A DNA stretch of 64,000 nucleotides from the NCBI GenBank assembly GCA_010093995.1, contig ML992503.1, positions 611,234-675,233 on the forward strand, read 5' to 3'. Source of the stretch: Elsinoe ampelina (lineage: Eukaryota). The first letter of the stretch is position 1. Every line of letters begins with the position of its first letter. Under the pieces are notes generated by a model. The model was not told the DNA's origin. It made no database searches and saw only the letters and a program-made list of their open reading frames with translations. The position numbers and the translations under genes were made by a program. This document shows, one piece after another, positions 50,320 to 60,355 of this stretch.

Positions 50320-50588
50320 GTTGATCGAATCGTTCTCGAACGTTTGTGTCGAGTGCCGATGGGATGCTGGTCGGTAGTGTGGGTGAGAGTGGGTGCGACG
50401 AACAGTGCTGGCGTTGCTGGTCGGCGGCGTGGTAGGGTGAGGTTGAAGTTTTGCGTGAGAAGGCCGGAGAAATGGTTTCGCCGGGGGAAAAAGGCGAGTC
50501 ATGAAAATTCTTGGCGGGACGTTTGCCTCAGCGCATCTTGACATCCCCTCGCATTCACGATGCTTATTCTCAATAATATCTCTGGATA

Positions 50589-51644
50589 ATGAAAGTCTTC
50601 GCTCTCGGCTCCAATGGGAGCGGACAGCTTGGTCTAGGACATGATCAAGACTGTAACACGCCTTGCCAGCTGACACTCCCGCCACCACTCGAGAACGATG
50701 AGATTGTGAATATCGTTTCTGGAGGCAACCACACATTGTTCCTGACCAGATCTGGCGCCGTCTATGCCACCGGCGATAACGAGGTGGGTCCCTTGGGAGT
50801 ATTACCCATGTCCGGATATCAGACTCTTGTGCGACTCGACCTTCCCCCGATCAAGCTCTGTGCCGCTGTTTGGTCGGCTTCCATTTTTGTCACTGTCGAT
50901 GACAGGGTTCTGACATGCGGATTGGGTTGTAGAGGGGGATGGAGTCTTGATTCGACGATTCAGAGCGTATATGGAGATTCGTCGGCCATGTATACGCCAT
51001 TCACCGTTCCTGACTTTCCCGCGCCTGGGGTGCAGATTGTCGACATCAGTGCGTCGATGGGACATGTCGTGGTCGTACTATCGAATGGTGCAGTGTATGG
51101 TTGGGGAAACGGCAGACACGGGCAACTTGGTGCACCCCATGAGGAGGTTCCGTCGCCAAGAAGGATCAACGAGGTATCATTCACGGTCACGAAAGTGGTT
51201 TGTGGGAAGAGCTTCACTTGTTTCTTTTCTACTCCGGAGCGAGGTGAAGCTATGATGCTCGGCCACAGTAAGCTTGACCGCTTTGGCTTGAAGACTACTT
51301 TCCCTCCTCAGGTCACCAGATGGCACCAAGTCTCAGCCAGCTGGGGGAGTCTTCTGGTTCTTTCGCGGGACGGTAAGCTGCAGGGCTTCGGCCGGAACGA
51401 CCGTGGACAGCTTGGTCCTGCTGACTTGACTTCGATCTCCCAGATCAGTGCAGGAACTGAACACGCTCTCGCTTTGACCGCTGATGGTAAAGTCCTCGCG
51501 TGGGGATGGGGAGAACACGGCAATGTCGGTGAGCCGGTCGATGATCAGAAGGACGCCAAGGGACGATGCAACACGCTTGACGTGCCTGGTTCCGTCAATT
51601 TGATCCACGCCGGATGCGCAACCAGCTTCATCGTCGCCGACTGA
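50589..51644 (+). CDS. ATS1: RCC1-repeat protein, Ats1/Kti13-like
   Basis: [45 protein letters not shown]-terminal AGCATSF. Confidence 0.8.
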   Translation: MKVFALGSNGSGQLGLGHDQDCNTPCQLTLPPPLENDEIVNIVSGGNHTLFLTRSGAVYATGDNEVGPLGVLPMSGYQTLVRLDLPPIKLCAAVWSASIFVTVDDRVLTCGLGCRGGWSLDSTIQSVYGDSSAMYTPFTVPDFPAPGVQIVDISASMGHVVVVLSNGAVYGWGNGRHGQLGAPHEEVPSPRRINEVSFTVTKVVCGKSFTCFFSTPERGEAMMLGHSKLDRFGLKTTFPPQVTRWHQVSASWGSLLVLSRDGKLQGFGRNDRGQLGPADLTSISQISAGTEHALALTADGKVLAWGWGEHGNVGEPVDDQKDAKGRCNTLDVPGSVNLIHAGCATSFIVAD

Positions 51645-51659
51645 GCATTCTCCAGCAGC

Positions 51660-53173
51660 TCAATCGAACAGTCCATGAAGCTGCGACAATCTTTGAGTAG
51701 CCGCCATCCCCTGGCTCTCCTCACTCTCCACCGCCTCCCTTGCCCTCAACGAAGAAGCGTGACTTCCGCCATCTCTCAACGTAGGCTGGAACCCAGAGTT
51801 CTGCCGTCCACTCGCGTCCCACCCTAGCTCGTCCTCGGCATCGTCGCGATCAAAGTCAGGCGCATCCCACGCACGATCATCGTCCCTGTGGTTCGGAACG
51901 AAAAGACTATCCTGGTCCGGGTCCTGACTTGCTCGAGTGATACCGCGTTGGATGGTAGCGAAGCCTTTCTTTGGAACCTGCGAGGCGATCGAGATGGGTC
52001 TGGCGGGAGGTGGCATTTCGATGCTGGTCTGCTTCTTCAGGGGAGATGTGGCGGATGGTGCAACCGAAGTGCGACGAGAGGGGGACGCGGTAGCTACTGG
52101 TCTCGGCGTCGCAGATGTAGACTCGCCGCGGTAGTCACCTGTTGTCATCAGGGTGAATTCGCAATGCACTCCGTGAGCTTCGTATGCGAACTGCAGGGGT
52201 CTCGAAGGGCGGGAAAAACTCGCGACGATGGTGGTGCGGAGTGTCTCGGCATGGGTGACGATGGCTTTGAAGTCCTTGACGCTGATGACGAGGTGCATAT
52301 CCTCTGGGAAAGAGAAGGTGTCAAAGTCCTGGACGTGGATGGAGATGGCTGTTTCCAGTGGCTGTTTCAGTATCTCTGCAGCAAGTCAGGCACACTCCAT
52401 AACCTAGCAATCGTAGTAGTCTTGCCTTTCCCATCCATTATCTTCTCGGTGAAACTCGTGAATACCGCCTTCCCGTCCTTGGCCAGCATATCAAGCTGCT
52501 CCGTCTTCGGTCCAAAATACTCGATATACTCTCGCAGTATCTTCGACGAGATCTTCCATCCATTTGTCGCCGTGGTCTTGTCAAACAAAGCATGCATGAT
52601 CTCCACGGACTCGTAAGTGAGGCGATAGATCTTGGACAGGCCTAAATTGTCAACAGTCTGGCTGCTACAGGCGTATTCGACTGACCATGCTTGCAGATAA
52701 TGGCTACTACCATTCGACACTCGGTGGCGTCGGCATCCTCCTCAATGCTTATGTCGCAGCGTTCGAGTGGCGTGTCTGCATTGCGATTCTCCGCGAGACG
52801 AGAGCGAAAGGCGGAGAGAAGAGTCTGAATGGTCAATCGTGATCTCATCGGTCCGAGAGTCGAGGGATACCTTGTTGTAGAGCTGGCATGTGAAGCGACC
52901 GGGAGTGGCAGAGGCGTGGCTGTCGAAGTCGTAGGATAGAAATGCCCCTGGGTCCAGGGAGAATGCCGCGTAGGCTGTTCGGGAAGAGTTGAGAGCGGTA
53001 AATGTGAACTGCGTATCTGATCAGGCTCTATTCCTGGTAAGGGGGATTGGCATGGTCACCTTCTCGGGTCGTGCTTCGATGCCCACCGTCTCGCCGAACT
53101 TGCCTAAGCAGACGAGAAGGTCATGAATACGGCCGACCGTCTCTGGTGAGATGGCACAATTCAGGACGGCCAT
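51660..53173 (-). CDS. RAD9: 9-1-1 checkpoint clamp subunit Rad9/Ddc1, multi-exon
   Basis: HDLLVCLGKFGETV, TALNSSRTAYAAF, EYFGPKTEQLD, ISVKDFKAIVTHAE, FSRPSRPLQF, C-terminal ATQRLSQLHGLFD. Confidence 0.9.
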
Positions 53174-53335
53174 TGAGGGAGAGTTGTATCATATCATGAT
53201 GTTTACAAGGAGAGGTACAAAAGATTCCGGTGGAGGGAGAGACATGAAGAAGCATATATCTTGGCATTATGTAGTTGACCGCATTCCATCACTGACAGTA
53301 TCTAACACATTTATGTACAGGTCAAAAAACATGAT

Positions 53336-54948
53336 TTACAGCCTCGCCTTCTCGGCCGGGTGCACAAGAGGGTCGTAGACACCCAGTCCCAACGTGTCTG
53401 AAGGGACAGTAGTGGCGTGATTGGCAATGGCACGAGTATCGACCATATCTGGAGTAAGCTGGTCAATGCTGTTTGCACCAATCAAGCGCATGTTCATCTC
53501 GAATTCGTCCTTGAGAAGCTGTCAAAGAGTTAGCGTCTTTCCGTACACGCATTCCGGGGGTATTTCTTACCTGCATCGCACGGTCAACGCCAGGAAGACC
53601 ATAGGCTGACATGGCGTAGAGGAATGGTCGTCCAATGCCTACACCCTTTGCACCTAAGCAGAGCGCCTTGATGATATCCGTGGCTCGACGTACACCGCCG
53701 TCAATGTAGAGCTCGATTCTGTCCTCCAAACCGAGTCGTCTGAGCTCCGGTGTGACTTCGGCAAGGATCTCAATACCACTCCTGGCAGTATCGAGCTGGC
53801 GACCACCGTGGTTCGAAAGCACGCAGCCGTCGACGCCATAGCTGATTGCCTTGATCACGTCCTCGACTCTCTGCACACCCTTCAGTACAATCGGCATCTT
53901 CGTGACGCTCTTGAACCACGGGATGTCCTTCCAGCTCAGACTTGGGTCAATGAAGGAGCTAATGGCTCGTGCAGCGCCTTGGCTACGATCGACATTATCA
54001 CCGCCAGTGTTCTGCACATTGCTTCCGACATCGTCGAACTTGCTCCTCATATCCTTTTCTCGCCGTCCGAGTTGAGGTGCATCGACTGTGATGAAGAGAC
54101 CCTTGCACCCCCGCTCCTCGGCGTGCTCGATGATCTTCTTTGTGATCTCCCTGTTCTTGTTCACGTACAGCTGCAACCACTGTACTTGATCGCCCTCTTT
54201 CGCATCAACTATTTCGTCGAATGAGCAAGATGCCAGAGTTGGGATCATCTGAATGACGTTATGCTTCTTTGCTCCGCGCGTGAGGACGACCTCTCCCTCA
54301 GGGTTGCCTAGCTTGCCGAGCGCAGTGGCTGTGACGTAGAATGGGATGGAGACCTTTGTGCCGAGCATAGAGGTTGACATGTCAATGTTCTCGACATCCT
54401 GTAGGACGCGAGGTCGGAACCAGATCTTGTGGAAAGCCGAGTGGTTCTCACGCATTGTCTACCAGTGGTCAGTGTCAGCTGGGTGAGTAGTTTTGCTCAT
54501 GGCTTACGATCTCGTCATCTGCTCCAGAGCTGTAGTATGCCCACGCTTGCTTCTTCATCACCCTCCGAGCGACAGCCTCAAAGTCCATCAAGTTGTAGCA
54601 TTGCTCGAGGATTGGCATTCTCTTGATTCTCTCTTGTCGCTCTGCCTCATCTGGATCAAACTCCTTCTCTTCCTGCTGAACTGTGCCCATGTCTACTTCA
54701 CCGAGATGCTTCGATTTGTCCAGGAACTTGTCGAGAGTGTCTGGCGGGTGAATTGGCTCGTAGGCCTCTGTAGCATCCTTTCCAGCATACTTGAGGATGA
54801 TCTTGGGACCGCCAGGGTGTTCTGGCAGGAACTCTGTGACATCGTAGGCGCGGCCGTGGACGATGACCCAGCACGACTTGTCGTCACTGTGCTTTGCAAC
54901 TTCGGTGCCGGACAGCTTGTTGCTGGATGTCTGAGGAGTGCGATTCAT
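53336..54948 (-). CDS. CYB2: Flavocytochrome b2 (L-lactate dehydrogenase family), cytochrome b5 plus FMN domain
   Basis: EHPGG heme motif, AWAYYSSGADDE, TVDAPQLGRRE, LKGVQ, SNHGGRQLD, DGGVRRATD. Two introns; ends ..EKARL*. Confidence 0.93.
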
Positions 54949-55375
54949 GGCTGCTGCGTCGGGATCGGAATGCTTGACTGGATCTAAGCGATGTTGCAGG
55001 AGGACTGGACTTGAGCAAAAGGCAACGACTAGGAAACAAAAAGAAAAGCCGGCAGAGTATCCAAAGATCTCCGTGACGTCTAGCCAAGGGCGAAATGGAT
55101 TCGGACAAGAGGATGCCGCTAATTGTCGCCGCCACGAGATTCTGCGGGGCTAGAGATCTGGAGTTCTGCTGGAGACTGGAGTTCTGCTGCATTCAAGCTC
55201 GGGATAAAAGACCCCGTCGGGTCAGTGCCATTTGAAAGCTCGTCATTGGTCGGGAATAAGGCAGCACCTGATCAGAGATCTGGGGCTGGTCTTCTCGGCA
55301 TTCCTTTTCCTCTGCCGTCGACATTACCACGAAAGTCCATCACACTGGCAGTTTTGGACATGTTCCGGCAAAGTC

Positions 55376-56167
55376 ATGGCTACCTCTTTTCAGTATATGT
55401 CTGACTTGCACCTGGAACGCATCAGGTACATTTTCACCATCACGAAACACGCGTCAAGGTTGATTCTCGCGGGTGACATTGGTCGATTCTGTGATTATGA
55501 CCAGTTTCGGGATTTCCTCAGCAAGCAGTGCGAGCCTCACATGTTCGACGAGGTACTGCTAGTTGCGGGAAACCATGAGTTCTACGGATCATCGAGGGAA
55601 GAGGGTCTGCTTGCGGCCGACAAGATGGTCCAAGAGCCTTGCATGCACAACAAGCTTCGCTTTCTCAATCGCACCAAGATTGAATACCCCACTGTCACAA
55701 TCCTCGCATGCACTCTGCACTCGCACGTTGGCGAAGGCTACACCCGCCTGACGAACGATTTCTCACGAATCAGAGACTGGTCCGTTGCGAAGCACAACGA
55801 GGAGCATGGAAAGGATCTTGAATGGCTTCGGAACGTCCTGAGTGAGCTCCGAAAACAGCCCAAGCGAAATGTCATCATAGTCACGCATTACGCGCCGACA
55901 TTCAAACGAGTTTGTCATCCAAAGAAGGAGAATAACGACGTGAGCCAGTGCTTCAGTAGCAATGCCCTTTCTGATCTGCAGGGAGCCGGTCTGCTGAAGC
56001 CAGTCACACATTGGCTGTCGGGCCATACCCATTTTAACGCCCGATTTAGAGAAGGGAGGACACTGGTTATGAGTAATCAGTTCTGTAACGACGACAAGGA
56101 TCTGACGTGGTGGCAAAAGAAGCTACTCCACAGGCCCTTCGATCCATCAGCAATCGTGCGAGCTTGA
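55376..56167 (+). CDS. Calcineurin-like metallophosphoesterase (263 aa)
   Basis: Complete motif set: SDLH, AGDIG, GNHEFY, THYAP, GHTH. Confidence 0.9.
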   Translation: MATSFQYMSDLHLERIRYIFTITKHASRLILAGDIGRFCDYDQFRDFLSKQCEPHMFDEVLLVAGNHEFYGSSREEGLLAADKMVQEPCMHNKLRFLNRTKIEYPTVTILACTLHSHVGEGYTRLTNDFSRIRDWSVAKHNEEHGKDLEWLRNVLSELRKQPKRNVIIVTHYAPTFKRVCHPKKENNDVSQCFSSNALSDLQGAGLLKPVTHWLSGHTHFNARFREGRTLVMSNQFCNDDKDLTWWQKKLLHRPFDPSAIVRA

Positions 56168-56201
56168 AACAGAAACGGCCGTTCGTGTATCCGACACATT
56201 A

Positions 56202-56915
56202 TCAGGGTACACGGACATTGAACATGAGACCATTCTGGACCGCATTGGGAGGAGATGTCCTTGGTAAAGCCTCGATCTCGACGTCCTTCGCGACCTGTCG
56301 CGACGCCTCCACATCCAAGTCCAGCCTTCTGAACGAAGCCTCCAGGTGTGAGTACCTGCGAAGGGCGATACCGACGTACAGTCTGTTGAAATGACGATTC
56401 TGCGCCCTCAGGATCTCTCCGTACCTCCCCTCTAGGAACAGCAGGTCCACGGCGTCGGAATACTTCGCTCGTGTGGCTGCGGCTTGGAGCTTGCCCTTGT
56501 AAACAAAGACTGGATTTAGCAGTTTCGTCGCCTGGGTGCCTGACTTGTCCCCTTGCACGTCGACCCTTTCGATGTCGATAGAGCTCATGGAGGCTGCCTG
56601 AATCAGCCACGGTGACAACGAGAGTAAGGTGTGGCTCTTACTAGGAAACAGCTCGACGAGGACCTCCCTTTTGTACATGAAGACAGCAAGATCCGGCCGT
56701 GCATTTCCCATGGATGAGAAGCCTTCCACGGCGCTCAGTCTTTCCACCAGCCATTCTTTATTGCAATTTACAACACAGTCAATATCCTTGCTAGCTCTTG
56801 GTCCACCCAGGATCGCGACGGCATAGCCGCCGAAGATGCCGTGCTCAACGCCTAGGTCGTCAAGTGCCTTGGTCAGGGCAATAGCTGCGTCGCTGAGAGC
56901 TGGGATACTGGGCAT
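56202..56915 (-). CDS. Pol-beta-fold nucleotidyltransferase-like protein (AbiEii-like signature)
   Basis: GIFGGYAVAILGGPRASKDIDCVV (GG.A..R..DxD), then KLQAAATRAKYSDAVDL (K....R....D..D). Likely in-frame 48-nt intron at 56,594-56,641. Confidence 0.75.
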   Translation of the reverse strand: MPSIPALSDAAIALTKALDDLGVEHGIFGGYAVAILGGPRASKDIDCVVNCNKEWLVERLSAVEGFSSMGNARPDLAVFMYKREVLVELFPSKSHTLLSLSPWLIQAASMSSIDIERVDVQGDKSGTQATKLLNPVFVYKGKLQAAATRAKYSDAVDLLFLEGRYGEILRAQNRHFNRLYVGIALRRYSHLEASFRRLDLDVEASRQVAKDVEIEALPRTSPPNAVQNGLMFNVRVP

Positions 56916-57297
56916 GTCGGGCTTTGCGTGGCATACGTGACGATGAGGTCGGCAGTGTGACGTGAAGGGTTGTCAACAGTAGTGAGGTCCAGGCACACGT
57001 TTCGTTCATTTCGCAAAGGATCAGCCACGGAATGACCAGCCATATATACGGACATGATTGCCTGATTGTGTGCCGCCCGCCTGCAGTGGACTACTGCACT
57101 GGTGCGGCGCAGTAGTGATGCAGCGCTTCACCCGAAATAGATGCTCTATGTTGCCAGGCGCACGGGCCAGCTTCTATCTCGACAGCCGCTCAAAACCCCC
57201 CTCACCCAGCTCTCCCGCCAGACGCTGTTCCACATTTTTCTATCGATCAGCACACTGGTCATCGAGTTTCACATGATCAAAGATGTTATAAGGCACT

Positions 57298-57993
57298 ATG
57301 GTAGCACTCAACTTGCAGCACGTCTACGATGCACAAGCCTATCTGAAATCGGCAGGGATCAAATCCGTCGTCACTGGAGATGTTGGACTGGCGTATCACG
57401 GTGTTGATGTGGCGATTTTTGTACGTGCAACACCAAAGAAAGAAAGAGAGTCCTCATAGCTGAGCATTCCCCTCCAGAATCTTGAGCTCTGCGTCCCTGA
57501 TGTGGATAGGGTGCACGCCGCGAAATTGCTCCAGGCGAGAAAGACTCAGTATCGCACCCTTCCCGACCTGGACGAACCCGACTTCTACCACCCTTACAAA
57601 AAGGGCGCATCCCGCTGCCAGATAAGATCCGTATCACCTGCCTTCGAACTTCACATCGTCTCTGATAAGGCACTCGGGATGAATCTCGACGCAATAGATT
57701 GCGAAGAGAGCAAGGCGGATACTTCACAAATGCACCCGGAGATTCGGGATCTCTGTCACGGCGTCAGCAACAAAGTTCTGTCCTCCATTACCTGGACTCG
57801 TCTAAGCGCGTTTGTCAATGGATGGCTGCAGTTAGCGGTGCTGCACCATGGTGAAGAAACACAATTGATCTTCCTCATGGAGGCGGAACGCTTAATGGAT
57901 GCGAGCCGCATAGATCAGACTTGGTGCATGAAGCATATAGATGATGAAGAGCGCCTGTCAATTGCGACGCAGCTGGTCAGAAAGAATGACTAG
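57298..57993 (+). CDS. Hypothetical protein (212 aa) with a degenerate nucleotidyltransferase-like N-terminus
   Basis: Exon 1 (57,298-57,420), missed by the ORF track, splices through a 57-nt intron (57,421-57,477, GTACGT..CAG) into ORF 57502..57993. This gives L.SAGIKSVVTGDVGLAYHGV....NLELCVP..AAKLL. Confidence 0.65.
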
Positions 57994-58400
57994 CCTGATA
58001 GCCAACGATGAATTACAATTATGGTTAACTCGGTCTTGCGCGGGAAGCTCGATGTTGACAGGTGTCTTGACAGAGGGCGAAGTGCAGCGGTGATCGAGTT
58101 TACCCGAAGGCCGTTCGTGATATTTGAGAAATGGTTCTACTTCTGGCCGTCATCTCACGACCACCATGTCAGAGCGATAGCGATCACAGAGTGTAGCCGA
58201 CTATGCCGGGAACGTGTGGGGAAGGCAGTTGGAGAAGATCACATTTGATGTGGGGTTCGTTTCCTCCCCCTTCTCCTCGTTGACAACCTCAGACAAGATG
58301 TTTTGGGGTTCTTTGCAACGATTGATGATTATCTCTATCGCATGCCCACGCTTCCTTTTCATCCTCCACGGACGAGTAAGTACTGCTGAGTGTCTACAAG

Positions 58401-60128
58401 ATGGCTCTCTATTCTACCCTCCTTCTCCTTCCAATTGGCGTCGCAATATTATGGATCCAGTCCTACTTAGCACGCAGACCTCCAAAGGGCCTCAATGCAG
58501 TTCCCGGACCCCCAGGCATTCCGATTCTTGGACACATCACAAAGCTGTCCGCCCAACCACAGCGAGAATGGCAGAAATGGGCAAGAGAGTACGGCGAGAT
58601 CTTTCAGGTCAAGCTCGGCTGGGAGAATTGGGTCATGGTCAACAGTCCGGAAGCAGTCAAGGAGATACTCGACAAACAGTCAGCTATCACATCCAGCAGG
58701 CCGCCAATGCCTGGCTTGTCAGATGTCATATCTGGCGGGAAACGATTTCTCCTCATGGGCTATACACAGGAATGGCGGAAGCTTAGAGCCATCGTGCACA
58801 AGTTGCTGACGCCGAAGATGTCCGAGACGTTCAAGCCGAGTCAAGAATTTGAAGCGAAGCAGCTCATCTATGACATCTTGACCGACAATGCGGACCAGAC
58901 CAAGGCCTACGTCCATGTCAGACGGTATACGACGTCGGTGGTCATGACCAGCACGTATGGCCGGAGAGTTCCCAAATGGGTATACTGGCCCCGCACATGA
59001 CGGAAAATATGCTTGCTGACACTACGCGACAGGAATGTGAAGAGGTTAGGGAGGTGTATGGTCTCATGGAAGAGTTCTCAGAATCAGGCACACCTGGAGC
59101 AATGCTCGTTGATCTCCTACCTCCTCTCGCTCGATTGCCCCGCTTCATGCAAAGTTGGCGACCCAAAGCCGAGAAGTTCTACCGCCGGCAAGAGGCAATC
59201 TGGATGAAATTTTGGAACGACCTGAATGTCAAGATTCAAACCGGTAAAGCTCCAGATTGCTTCGTCCGTCAATTCGTGGAAGTTGAGCAGAAGAAGGCGA
59301 ACATCGATGAGGTTCAGGCCGCTTTTCTCGCGGGCAGTAAGTCTAGCCACTACCAGGAGGTCTCATTCGCTGATCGATTACTTAGCCATGATTGAGGCTG
59401 GATCAGAGACTACATCTTCCGCCCTCAATTCATGTATCAAATACCTCGCCGCCAACCCGCACATTCAAGACATCGCGAACGAAGAGATAAGCAGAGTAGT
59501 AGGTGACTCTCGATCGCCTCAGTATTCGGACGAAGAACAGCTGCCATACATCCGCGCGACGGTGAAGGAGACCCTCCGCATACGTCCAGTCACAAACATT
59601 GGAAGTCCGCATTACACCACTGCTCCCGTAACTTACAAAGGCTACTACATTCCCGCCAACACCGTTGTCAGCTTGTCACAATATGCCATACATTTTGACC
59701 CGGCAAAGTGGAGTAACCCTCAAGCATTTGACCCTGCAAGATACCTGGCGTATCCTCATAAAAGCGGTGTCTACACTGCTGCTGCCGACGCCAATACTCG
59801 AGACCACTTCGACTTTGGTGCAGGCAGGCGCATCTGTCCAGGCATGCACTTGGCTGAGAACAGTCTCTTCATCACCATTGCAAAACTGATATGGGCGTTC
59901 GAAATTCTTCCGCCACTGGGAGCTAATGGTAAGGCGGAGGTTGTGGATGTCAGCGATGATGCATACGAGCCGGGTGCGAATACTCTTCCCAAGCCGTACA
60001 AGATGAGGTTCGTGCCTCGGAGTAGAGAACGAGAGGCTGTTCTTAGACAGGAATGGTCAACGGCACAAAAGGAGGGTTTCTGGCTTGGTGACAGGAAGGT
60101 TGAGGTTCAGGGAATGGTAGTAGATTGA
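58401..60128 (+). CDS. Cytochrome P450, two introns
   Basis: N-terminal membrane anchor, PGP, AGSETT, ETLR, FGAGRRICPG. Introns at 58,980-59,032 and 59,337-59,385. Confidence 0.95.
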
Positions 60129-60355
60129 GACCGATAATTTTCCCCATTTGGCATCTACGATTGGACCAAATGAGACTCGTTCAAATATGCTATCAAGTCT
60201 TTTTTTCGAGGTACATTTAGTATACTTGCAAGCGTCCAGTCCTTGTACGACCGCGTGAATGTTTGTGTGGCGAGCAAGCTTCGGCATGAAAAACCAACCC
60301 TCACATTGAAGAATCCAATCTTTACATTCCACAACTTCTTGATCATGGCAGCATA

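Noticed and set aside
35612..53173. Functional DNA-repair cluster (zf-PARP, NSE1, RAD9)
   Set aside because: Genes are interspersed with unrelated housekeeping genes over ~18 kb, which is compatible with chance.
58401..60128. P450 as part of a secondary-metabolite cluster
   Set aside because: No PKS, NRPS, terpene synthase, transporter or cluster regulator nearby.
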